A stretch of 64,000 nucleotides of DNA from Naegleria gruberi (lineage: Eukaryota): assembly GCA_000004985.1 (NCBI GenBank), contig GG738902.1; one strand, given 5' to 3'. The position numbers were made by a program, and so were the translations under genes. Positions 44,201-53,313 of this stretch are shown here, in pieces; within the stretch, counting starts at the first letter, position 1; the number at the start of each line of letters is the position of its first letter. Below the pieces are notes generated by a model. It searched no databases. It saw nothing but the letters and a program-made list of their open reading frames with translations, and was not told the origin of the DNA.

Positions 44201-44268
44201 ACTCACTTAAACGAAAGAATTACAAGGTAACTTCAACACTTACTTTGAAACCTAAGGTCTCCCAATAA
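41218..44268 (+). CDS. Penicillin amidase / N-acyl-homoserine-lactone acylase family (peptidase S45, Ntn-hydrolase) with an N-terminal multi-TM region
   Basis: Alpha-subunit motif FFAQGVVTAKERLFQMEIMRRMGRGTLSAL. Beta-subunit N-terminal nucleophile motif FASNAWAVHGSKTKNGKPILANDPHM. About 4 predicted TM helices in residues 75-210. 1016 aa. Confidence 0.8.
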   Translation: MASSPEIVEVVDSSSTIDNSEQKSSLIPSTDHNSWLTPVSINQLLHKAQQEKEEEENKEENTDPKKKKKKIRWYHTKCFIYFAAIILAAISILTIIISYVLFVRHNHLLFVCNSAEFIVVSFFEVIILICAAIVAFKLNEWYKQHHSEVAESDEDLKLKYSDNLARDKLIMKFQNTSVVISLCLLTIFTLIYLALFVILLYGISKTTPSLSGVEYYTPIQHETVIEKEKTSGVFHIHAKTDYELFFAQGVVTAKERLFQMEIMRRMGRGTLSALIGEDALELDKWSRTLGLLRNSKNHLQDLDYRANLTLTAFFDGVNSYLKTNPKMPPEYWLIFNKKTIHKFEVVDALVFWKLAALDISTNIFMEKVRFNSLRKNNTLAHTMEFYPTYPRSWPEQFKKTDLNIQATQEEIDALEERFTNNFGAFMPKNEQSDNDNNNDGDGDIVPEDPEDPIVQEGFTRKLRKIKKNHPAVYNSIESFFNKKSHESYFASNAWAVHGSKTKNGKPILANDPHMKLTAPLPFIMFHLVSEESGLDTIGATYPLIPGIVIGRNKNSSWAITSSGSDVQDLFVLDQISDSTYVVNGTEHDYVTHQEEIHFDNTQSVTIHVKDSIYGPVVNTLLGWEDIQEVVALSWTGIKDNDTSLNAVIGIMYQNNWPQFHENMRHLVSPPMNYIYTDAENICSLVAGMVPIRKYGHTGLFPVSGNGTFDYEGYVPYEKMPYVCNPERKFVVAANARIEPPGYPYYLGADVGTKYRLERIEDLLSSNKTFNITNMVDIQLDTYSKLFFDLKPFISKLKNTSLTFQEEVIRKDLEKWDGYLILGSKQASLFEMFHTKLWNMSYADLGVENSNIIYIKNALNKTGRCSPNLPKTCMSYAVSAFKQSIADLKVLSKSTEIPSWGVGIHSTTYFHPVFHSYAFSCACDKRHYVPGGTDTINFSRVTETNLDSSHGVAFRQITSMSDADGDLFITPLGQSANWLDYDYHSNLQIFAEGRYHSLKRKNYKVTSTLTLKPKVSQ

Positions 44269-44360
44269 ATCGACTGATTAGTTGTGAATTAATGGTATTG
44301 TTGATTGGTAAACCCAATCAATTTTATTGTAAAAGTTCCACAACAATCAGAATAAAAAAA

Positions 44361-46607
44361 ATGAAGCGAAATCTACTTCGTTCTTCTCATGTGAGAAATA
44401 AGATCAAAACACATGCCAACAAGATTACACTTACCCGTCCAAACATATCACAGAAAATATCTCTCCAATCAGAATCCTACAATTTGTCCCCAAATGTTCG
44501 TTCCATCAGCTCCACGATCACACATGGTAACCCCTTGTTGAAACAGTCAATCAATGTTAATGATATTGGCTCAACTAATACTGCCAACATCAATAGAACA
44601 TTCTCAACTAATATATTGGTCATGCAAAATAATGACACAACCAAGACAGATGCCTTCTCCAATTTGATGGACAATCTCTTTGTGAAAGTTAAACGACACG
44701 ATGTATCTGAGCATGATAGGACATTTGCCAAGTTTTATGATTTGGATAGTGATGAATATGGATATGTGGATCCAAAAACAGATCCAAACAATAGGACTGT
44801 GACTGAGAATGGAGCTACAACCTTCAGCTCATCAGGATCAAATCTTGTTGATTTCTTTTATTTCACAGTGGAGGGAATTTCTCAACAAAAAATTCACAAA
44901 TTGTTGGATGCAAGTTGGAGAGAACAACCATTGAAAACTCTTAAAGTAATCTTCTTCATTAGAGATATTAGAAATGGAAAGGGTGAAAATGAAATCTTTT
45001 ACGAAACTCAAAGATGGCTTGCATTAAATCATCCTCAAACATTCCTTGAAAATCTCAAAAATGTTCCAACATCTGGTTATTGGAAAGATTTACAAAACGT
45101 ATTGCTCTACATTCGATATGGTGGTCATGAGCGAGACGAACGTCCTAATTGGGCTAAGGAAAAAAATGTATTATTGAAACGGTTGCCATCAGAAAAATCA
45201 CTCTATGAGAAAGCCATTTTCCAAAAGAGGCGTTCATATAGACCAATTAAAACAGAAGAAGATAGAAGAATAAGAGAGAAAGATATTGCCAATCAGGTCA
45301 AGCAGTCATTCTCACCAAACGAGTTGTGGAACCAAGAAGTAAGAAATACTGAAAAATTGGTTCTTACAAAGGAGGAAAGTAAGAAGTTGAAATTGGTTTA
45401 TGAGAAGGCTAAGGATATAGTTGTTGATTTGTATGTGGACCAATTATTGAAGGATCGTGAAAACCTTTCTAAGGGAGAAGTAAAATCTCTAACATTATGC
45501 GCTAAATGGGCTCCCACTATTAATCTATCAACTGATAGACAGTTGGGTATTGGTAAACAAATAGCTCAGAAACTTTTCCCATTCGATCAACCTGATGGTA
45601 TTCAACTTACAATTAGAAAAGAAGGAAAGGGAGATAAGAAATACACAGACCAACAAGTTTACAGATATTTGGCAAATATCAAGTATCAAAAGCTGTTGAG
45701 AGATTTGAGAAAGGCAACTGTTACTATTGAAACATTCATGTCATCAAAAGAGTGGTCCAATATTCCATACGAAAGGGTACCTTCTGTTTGTATGAATAAG
45801 AAGAAGAAATTATTTTCCTTAAAAGACAATGAAAGATTTGTATCTTTTTTGGAAAGTGTTAAAAAAGGAGAAAAGAAGATTAATGGAGCTGTTCTATTCC
45901 CTCACCAACTGATTGAACAGTTATATGCCTCACACTCAAAAGAAGTGAGTGATACTATTGAGCTACAATGGAGAGAAATTGTAAAGAATGTAAAAGAGAA
46001 ATCAGACAATGGAATATTCAACTGTATTCCTGTTTGTGATGTGAGTGGAAGTATGAATGGCACACCTTTAAACGTCTGTGTAGCATTAGGTCTATTAATG
46101 TCTGAAATTAATACTGGAATATTTAGAAATAAGATTATTACCTTCTCTGAAAACCCATCCTTTGTCGATTTATCTGGAATTGAAGGTGTTAAAGAGAGGT
46201 TTGATAATCTATGCAAGGCCGATTGGGGAATGTCCACCAATTATATATCCACTTTTAAATTAATATTGGAAATGGCATTGAAAAATAATCTACCAAAGGA
46301 TCAAATGATTAAGAAGGTTGTTGTCTTTTCAGATATGCAATTCAATGAAAGTAGTGCTGATACGACAAGCCATCAAGAAATTGTGGACATGTTCGCTGAA
46401 CATGGTTATGAAGCCCCTGGAATAATTTATTGGAATCTAAGAGGAGATGTCGATAATATTCCAATCACAGTGACAACAGATAATGTTGCTTGCATGTCTG
46501 GATTTAATGCAATTCTATTGAAAATGTTGATGGATATGGACTTGAGCATTGAAGGTCTTGTTGATGCTTCCATTAAAGATTATGATTTTGTAACATTACA
46601 CGACTAG
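44361..46607 (+). CDS. DUF2828-like protein with a C-terminal von Willebrand factor A (vWA) domain
   Basis: N-terminal ENGATTFSSSGSNLVDFFYF...LKVIFFIRDIRNGKGE...GYWKDL pattern typical of DUF2828. C-terminal vWA MIDAS DVSGSM...T...D. ATG at 44361; the track start at 44292 is not ATG. Confidence 0.6.
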   Translation: MKRNLLRSSHVRNKIKTHANKITLTRPNISQKISLQSESYNLSPNVRSISSTITHGNPLLKQSINVNDIGSTNTANINRTFSTNILVMQNNDTTKTDAFSNLMDNLFVKVKRHDVSEHDRTFAKFYDLDSDEYGYVDPKTDPNNRTVTENGATTFSSSGSNLVDFFYFTVEGISQQKIHKLLDASWREQPLKTLKVIFFIRDIRNGKGENEIFYETQRWLALNHPQTFLENLKNVPTSGYWKDLQNVLLYIRYGGHERDERPNWAKEKNVLLKRLPSEKSLYEKAIFQKRRSYRPIKTEEDRRIREKDIANQVKQSFSPNELWNQEVRNTEKLVLTKEESKKLKLVYEKAKDIVVDLYVDQLLKDRENLSKGEVKSLTLCAKWAPTINLSTDRQLGIGKQIAQKLFPFDQPDGIQLTIRKEGKGDKKYTDQQVYRYLANIKYQKLLRDLRKATVTIETFMSSKEWSNIPYERVPSVCMNKKKKLFSLKDNERFVSFLESVKKGEKKINGAVLFPHQLIEQLYASHSKEVSDTIELQWREIVKNVKEKSDNGIFNCIPVCDVSGSMNGTPLNVCVALGLLMSEINTGIFRNKIITFSENPSFVDLSGIEGVKERFDNLCKADWGMSTNYISTFKLILEMALKNNLPKDQMIKKVVVFSDMQFNESSADTTSHQEIVDMFAEHGYEAPGIIYWNLRGDVDNIPITVTTDNVACMSGFNAILLKMLMDMDLSIEGLVDASIKDYDFVTLHD

Positions 46608-46818
46608 TAACTTTACAATAAAAAACATTGTAAACATTTCTTACATTAACATATATAAGGAAATTATAAGAAAAAATTAATATTGAAAAAAGATGTAAGG
46701 TCAATATTGGTAATATAAATACTGTTCCATCTTAATAATATTTTAATATTCAGGCTAAATATTCTCATTTGCATTTCGGATAATTTTCCGATCGGAAGTA
46801 AAAAAAAGACCAAAAACA

Positions 46819-47170
46819 ATGAAGAGTTTCATATTCCTACTTTTCATCACAATTCACTATTGTTGCCAAATTATCAACGCCTCCAATCCGATAATCAATA
46901 CCAACGACAACGACAATATTAAATTTAGTAATATTAATAATAATAATAATAATAATATTAAATATATTAATATTAATAATCAGAATGAAATTTCCTTTCT
47001 ATTAATGCACACTGATGATATGCACTCACATTTCGAAGGCTCTGGTCCTGATTCCTCACTCAATGATCGGAGTGTGATGAATGGAGGAAATCAAGTGATC
47101 GGACATTATGCTCGATTATTGACATTGATAAGGAAATTGAAAAGCAAGTTTAAGAATAATTTATTATTGG
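46819..47170 (+). CDS. 5'-nucleotidase / calcineurin-like metallophosphoesterase, exon 1 (signal peptide plus metal-binding motif I)
   Basis: Signal peptide MKSFIFLLFITIHYCCQIINA. LLMHTDDMHSHFEG matches motif I. A GTAAGT donor follows at 47171. Confidence 0.7.
46931..46980. repeat. AT-only (AAT)n-like microsatellite inside the 5'-nucleotidase exon 1 (encodes NINNNNNNNIKYININN)
   Basis: Perfect AAT runs. Coding low complexity. Confidence 0.8.
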
Positions 47171-47218
47171 GTAAGTAGTAGTTGAATGGGTTTGGATTTG
47201 ATGGTCAATTGGGGTTAG

Positions 47219-47341
47219 ATGCTGGTGATTCACATATTGGAACATTGTTTCATACGATTTCAATTTCTGGAGTGTTGCCACAGGTTGCTCCTCCAGAATT
47301 GGACTTTTTTAGGATTGCTGAATATGATGCAATAGTATTAG
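47219..47341 (+). CDS. 5'-nucleotidase, exon 2
   Basis: Encodes DAGDSHIGTLFH (the GDxxxGT motif). It is flanked by a TTAG acceptor and a GTTAGT donor, and the phase is consistent. Confidence 0.65.
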
Positions 47342-47388
47342 GTTAGTTTCTAATAAGTGTGAATTTTTGTAATGGTTTGGAATGGCAG

Positions 47389-49409
47389 GTAATCATGAGT
47401 TTGATTTATTTCAGGATGGTTTATTGTCAATTATTGATAGAATGAATAATCAGAATTATTCCTTCTCACTTCCAATCATTTCGTCCAATTTAATTACTCA
47501 AGGTGAAAATAATATCTATCGTGAGCAGTGTGGAAAAATATGGGAGAAACATTATCAGAAACCAACTAATCTTAATAGTCCAGGAAATAATGGTGTGTTT
47601 TTAACACCCTATGCCACTAAAACATTCAAATCTGATAATGGACAAGATTTGACAGTAGGTATCATTGGAACTATGTCCCCAGCTAGTGCTATGGTTTCCA
47701 TTACAGGTCGTCAACCATGTTTCCATTATACTGGATTCAATGAATCCAAGAAGGAAGTGAATGCTGAGGAATATTCGAATCAAATTTATGAAATGGCTAT
47801 GGATTTGAAATTAGGAAGAAATGGAGCTCCAAAATGTCAAGTGATTGTAGTGTTATCTCATGAGGGAGAGCCAGAGGATAAACAAATTGCTGAAATGATT
47901 GTAAAGAAACACAAGTCAACTTACAAGGAGGGTATGCCAAAAGTTGCTGTAGATATTCACATTTCCTCTCATTCCCATAATATTTATTTGGAAAAGCTTC
48001 AAATTGATAGTGAACACGAGGTATATATTCATCAATCTGGTCCATATGCTTCAAATTTGGGAGTTCTCCAACTTTCTTACAACTTTGACACGCAACAAGT
48101 AAGATTACTCAATGAAAAGGTAAAAGTTCCTCTTTCAAACTTGGTTGGGGATGCTTCCAACAGAGACCTATTCGAGAAGGATCATCTTGGTCCATTGAGC
48201 CCATCAACCTCGCTATTTGAAACCAATGGAATTTGTTTTGATTGCATTTCAAACTCAATCTTGTTTCCTGTGAGAATACCAATTACTAATGAAATACCTA
48301 TGGATCAACCGTATAGAAAAAAGATTGAGAATTACAAACATCTCATTAACAAGTATATTTTGGGAGATTCTTTTGGATATAGATTTGACAGCTTTGTTGG
48401 ATCCATTGATGTTTCAAATGTCCATGACAAAACTGGTGTTGGCTCTATAGTTTCGAATTGTGTTATTCAACAATTTAGAGAGAAACAAGCAGAGGCTCTT
48501 GTCCTTTTGGAATTTTTAAAAAAGCAAGAACAATATAATGAGGAACAGTCAATTGAGGAAAATATTCACAAGTTGGACAAGTCATTGAACGTGCCAAAAT
48601 TCCATAGATTCTTTTCCAAGCTCAGAATTAAGGACGCTGAAAATATACTTGACCAAAGATATGATATTTACTTGATACCAACAGACGGTTTGAGAACTCA
48701 TATAATTTCTCTTAAGCAATGGAACGAAACCAGACTAAACTTTCAATTTTCTGATGCTTACACTTTCCTCTCCTTGGGAAGACTCAGAAGCAGTATTAGA
48801 GAGGATGTATTACCTGGTGAAACAATGGAGGTATACTATCTCCCTCAAAGAATAGCCAAACGGTTGTTTGTTTATACCAGATTTTTGAGTGATTTGCTTA
48901 ATTTACATATTATTGCTTTTTGTCACAGTACTAACTTTTCCTACAAAACTAGATGGTATGGAATTCCGTTCTTGGTAGAGGATCAACTTCACAAGAAGGA
49001 GGAGAAGGAATTGTCTTGGTTCTGGAAAATTATTCGAAAGGTAAAGAATGCCTTGGCAAGACATTACGACTTTTCATTGGATGGAAAATCTGAAGCTCAA
49101 TTCTTTGATGAATATTATTCTAAACCACATACCTTTCCTGAACCACTATATGGTATTACAATTCCAGGATGGTTAGTCAATTTCATGTCCAAGACTGCCA
49201 TGTATACAGGTGGTTTCTTAACTCTCGATATGAGAGACAAGTATGGTAGAATTATCAAAGTTCCCCAAACAAATGAAGGGAAAAGAAGTGATGGTCAATA
49301 CAATGCAAAAGATGAAACAAGATCACTACTTCAAACCTCTGTTAGTGCCACTCCTTTTATGGATTATCACATGTTTGCTGAATGTTTGGCCAAACAAAGA
49401 AATAATTAA
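47389..49409 (+). CDS. 5'-nucleotidase, exon 3 (GNHEFD motif and C-terminal substrate-binding domain)
   Basis: G from exon 2 plus GT-AAT-CAT-GAG-TTT-GAT gives GNHEFD. Long C-terminal domain. Stop at 49409. Confidence 0.75.
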
Positions 49410-49783
49410 GGTTGTTTATCGTGAGATTCGGTTTCAATCTCTGTAACTTGTTGTTTCTTATTAAAAAACCATCCACCTGAATTCCTTCTCAAACTCTTTT
49501 CCTCTAGAATCCAAGCTGAAATAGCTCTGGAATAGCGTGTAAAGAATTTCGCCACTGCAACATCTTGAAACTCAACCAAACCAAACTTACATTGGAATAA
49601 GTTGGAAGTACAAATGCTATCCCACAATTCTTGTGAAATAACCTCCCTATTCCAATACTCTACTAGTTCATGTCTCGAATGAGTAACTAGTAATTTTGCC
49701 ATGTGAAAAGCATGTTGTTGAGCTGCTCTTGGCATTGTAGCCAAAATGATTTGAAACATGCTATCAATTTTCTGTTTAAACAT
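49406..49783 (-). CDS. Possible small hypothetical ORF
   Basis: The track ORF starts at TTG. No domain. Weak. Confidence 0.15.
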   Translation of the reverse strand: MFKQKIDSMFQIILATMPRAAQQHAFHMAKLLVTHSRHELVEYWNREVISQELWDSICTSNLFQCKFGLVEFQDVAVAKFFTRYSRAISAWILEEKSLRRNSGGWFFNKKQQVTEIETESHDKQP

Positions 49784-50218
49784 TCTGATATCACCACCAG
49801 AGTTTATCAATTGTTCCAACTACTTTAATGGCTTTGGATATTGTCTCCTTCTTCAATCCGAAACTCTTAAATATTGAATTACAAATGGCTTTGATAAATT
49901 CTTCATCTTGACGAAATCAGTCTTCCTCCAATCGAATCTTGTGAGCATTTCTAACAATTATGATTTTCATAAATAATAAAATAAGACAGCATTCTCCCAT
50001 GTTGTTATTATTATTATTAGTAGTGGTGGTCGTAGTAGTAGGTACTGTGATTGTTCTCTCTGGACCGTTATTCAAAGAAGCTTTGAGGTTTTTTCAATTA
50101 AGATTTCCAACGTATGAGTTATCGAGAGATTGTAAAATTGATGTTGAAAGAAGAAAATGCAACTTTTCACAATTGTTCTAAAGAAGTTTGTGTATAAGCT
50201 TGAAGCTTTTGATAAATT

Positions 50219-52393
50219 TTAATGTTGTGGTTTGTTAAAGAATGTGTCAATTACGAACCAACGGGCCTGATAAAACTTTTGTCTAGCATATCCAACTACT
50301 CGTTTACCAATAGAATAGAGAGATGGAAGTGATTGATAGGCAGATCTGTAACCAAAGAAGAGGAGGTACCGGCGAGCAATCCAAATCAAATATCCATTAA
50401 TGAGCTCGGCTCCCTTTCGATGAAGGAAAGACGTATTATTGGATAACTTGGCTTCAATCAAGTAGACAAACAAGATGAGGGCTGAAATGTTTTCTACCAC
50501 CTTACCAATTTGCTTGTCCATTCCTGGAACTTTCTTACTGAATCTATCACTAATACATTTGAGTACAAGAGAAGGCCAATTAATAAATAAATAATACAGA
50601 GCCAATCCTATTTGCAATTTAAAAATTTCAATTGTAAGTCTCGTTGCCAAGAATTGAGAGAGTGGCATTGATCGATCAGGACTTTCGTTCAAGTATTCCA
50701 TATATTCCTTGTACAATTTGTATGTTAAATACAAAGAGAGGGAAAGCAGTGATCCCTTATATAAAATGATATTTACAAGCTCTGCTGGAGTGCTTATGAA
50801 AAGATATGGTGAATTGAGTCTAATGTCATATGCTAAAATTTGATTTGTATCCAATAATCTACCCTTGAATTCTATCAAGTCTCCTGGCTTGAGGAGGAAT
50901 TTGAGTGGACGTATTCTTCCAATGGTATTTGGCCACAGCAAATTATAATTGGAAAATAACTTTGGATGGATATGATATAATGTGAAAACATTGAGCTGAG
51001 TAGAATTATTCTCCAGAACTTCCTTTGGATTAAATTCTGAAAAGAGACCCTTTGTTCTTTCCCATAAGTTTCTGTGCAATTTTACAGAGGCAGAGTATGG
51101 TTCAACTTTTAGAGTTAATCTCTTGTTATCCCTCACATCTTGATCGAGAAGGGTTGCTTCTTTACAATAAACGAGAGAACCAATATATCTTGAACTTAAC
51201 TCCTCAGGGTTTGATAAAAAGTGTTGAATATTCTTCAAAATAGCATTTCCTCTGAGATTGGAAAGCGTTTGCTTCTCACGAACTGTTTCCAAAATGTCAA
51301 AATCTTGGACATCAATAATGTAATGCTTAATGAGAGACTGACTTTGAGACACTTGTAAATCACCTCTTACTTGAATCCATTTTGGAATAATCCATGGTCT
51401 TTCGAATGGAGATTCATAGCTTGATGACCTCTTTGTAAATGCACTACAAATTTCTTGTAACTTGGAAATGTGGTCTTGGAAAAACTGTTGCAAGACATTT
51501 TTCAAATTGTCTTGTGTAACTTTCACATACGCATTATTTGATGGGCTAATTCCATGATTGAGTAAAAGTTCCAATTTTTTACAGAGGTCATTCTTGTTGA
51601 ATCTCAATTGGATTAATGATTGATAGCTTGTAACTTTTCTGAGTGTGACAGAATCGCATAATCTTGCAGGAATTGAAATAGTTTCCTCTTCATCAGATCC
51701 CCAATTCACTTGTTCTCCAATAGATACATGAACATTCCACCTCACATTATCAATATGAACATTCTTGACCTCCTCTTGATTATCCACAAGGAAATAGGAT
51801 TTAATATTCGGAATGGTAAAAGTTAAGCTTCTCCACTGATAGATAATCTTCTTATTCAACTTGAGCCACAATCTTATTGGCAAATATTGTGTTGGATTAT
51901 AAGAAAGAGGTTGATCATTCAACAAGTAAGTTGTTGTCGATAAGAGAAAGTACGACAAGGACTCGGAATCACCACATACTTTAACACAAGCTTCTCTTTC
52001 CCTCTCATCAACACACCCAATCAGTGATTTATATGAATTACCAATATACTCGAGTGGAATCTTTGATAATACTCTCTTCAGACTCCTAAAAGCAAATTGA
52101 TGAATAAATTCCTCAAATCTAACTTGACTATTCTTTGATGGAAGGGAGTTTTTAAAATTGGCTACCAGTGATCTTTCATACTCCTCTCGTGAGATGAAAC
52201 TCTTCTCGAGTGCTGGCATTAATCCAAATATTAAATCATAGGTATCAAGGAAGGGATTTATATTCTCTGTCAATATTTCAGAGGAGAGAAAGTACTTGAT
52301 GGTATTCTTCTCCTTCTTCTTTGCATATAATGATTGATCAAAGGACAAAACAATCCCAAAATCAATATTCGGATTTTCAATTATTGTGTTCAT
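50219..52393 (-). CDS. Hypothetical protein (724 aa) with several hydrophobic helices near the C-terminus
   Basis: ATG at 52393. Long clean ORF. No recognised motifs. Confidence 0.5.
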   Translation of the reverse strand: MNTIIENPNIDFGIVLSFDQSLYAKKKEKNTIKYFLSSEILTENINPFLDTYDLIFGLMPALEKSFISREEYERSLVANFKNSLPSKNSQVRFEEFIHQFAFRSLKRVLSKIPLEYIGNSYKSLIGCVDEREREACVKVCGDSESLSYFLLSTTTYLLNDQPLSYNPTQYLPIRLWLKLNKKIIYQWRSLTFTIPNIKSYFLVDNQEEVKNVHIDNVRWNVHVSIGEQVNWGSDEEETISIPARLCDSVTLRKVTSYQSLIQLRFNKNDLCKKLELLLNHGISPSNNAYVKVTQDNLKNVLQQFFQDHISKLQEICSAFTKRSSSYESPFERPWIIPKWIQVRGDLQVSQSQSLIKHYIIDVQDFDILETVREKQTLSNLRGNAILKNIQHFLSNPEELSSRYIGSLVYCKEATLLDQDVRDNKRLTLKVEPYSASVKLHRNLWERTKGLFSEFNPKEVLENNSTQLNVFTLYHIHPKLFSNYNLLWPNTIGRIRPLKFLLKPGDLIEFKGRLLDTNQILAYDIRLNSPYLFISTPAELVNIILYKGSLLSLSLYLTYKLYKEYMEYLNESPDRSMPLSQFLATRLTIEIFKLQIGLALYYLFINWPSLVLKCISDRFSKKVPGMDKQIGKVVENISALILFVYLIEAKLSNNTSFLHRKGAELINGYLIWIARRYLLFFGYRSAYQSLPSLYSIGKRVVGYARQKFYQARWFVIDTFFNKPQH

Positions 52394-52617
52394 TCTATTT
52401 TTTTAGGCTTTGATTGTTGTGGCTAATCATTAACACTTTAATCAAAATCCCTAATCAATCAATATGATCATCAATTAATATTGATTTAATTTCATTCCGT
52501 GATGGTGATGAAGAACATTTTCGAAAAACACCACAAGTGTAATACATTTGAGTAGTGCAATATCAGAGATGACTTTTCATAGCCTTTCAAAGAGCAAACA
52601 TAACATTACAGTAAAAA

Positions 52618-52641
52618 ATGAAGATAAACGTACATTTGAAG
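52618..52641 (+). CDS. Exon 1 (MKINVHLK) of an unannotated small ubiquitin-fold gene
   Basis: ATG after an A-run. Immediately followed by a GTGAGT donor. Confidence 0.4.
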
Positions 52642-52787
52642 GTGAGTATTGAAGAGAATAACTCTTGTAATTGTCTAATAATAATTGGATGACGGAATTT
52701 GATGATGACGATCGGATATGGTTATATTGATGCTGGATTGAATGATGATATTTTAAATTGTCATGATGATTTTGTATTTTGGAATAG

Positions 52788-52995
52788 GAAAAAACCTTCT
52801 CAGTTAGTTGTGGATCAGGAGAACAAAGAGTCATTTGGTTGGCTCATGTTGCTCTTGCTAGATATGATAATAGTTTTGGTTTGGAATTGGGAGTGCCAAA
52901 GGGATTAAAGACAGATGAGGGAGATTCATTGGACTCGGATTCTTCAATCAATGAAGTTTTAGAAGATGGACAACACGTGTGGGTTGTTCTTAAGG
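52788..52995 (+). CDS. Exon 2 of the ubiquitin-fold (beta-grasp) protein
   Basis: An AATAG acceptor at 52787 joins it in phase 0. The encoded EKTFSVSCGSGEQRVIWLAHVALARYDNSFGLELGVPKGLKTDEGDSLDSDSSINEVLEDGQHVWVVLKG is collinear with the ubiquitin pattern (MQIFVKTL...LEDGRTL...LVLRLRGG). A GTAAGT donor sits at 52996; unspliced it ends LKGK. Confidence 0.4.
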
Positions 52996-53313
52996 GTAAG
53001 TAATTGTAATTCTATTACAAATTTTAGGATTAATAATTATTTAGGATTTGAAGTTAATCCAATTAGGGTCAATTCTACAAAATAATTGGCAATTGTTTGA
53101 TGAGGAGAATTTAACAATGTCGGAAAGAATCACAGATAGTTTTTGTCGATTATTATTACATGATTGTACATTATTGATCAATATATAGAGTGAATCTCTT
53201 ATTGATAATAAAAAAGTTAACATATTTCAGTAATTTTGGAATTAGTTCAATAAGAGATTATACTTTGGCAATACTTTTGGATTTTTCATCTGTCATAGTA
53301 AGACAGAGATTGT

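Noticed and set aside
49960-50181. Short ORF with a VVVVVVVG run.
   Set aside because: It arises from a GT-repeat/low-complexity stretch in the region between convergent genes. It has no start context.
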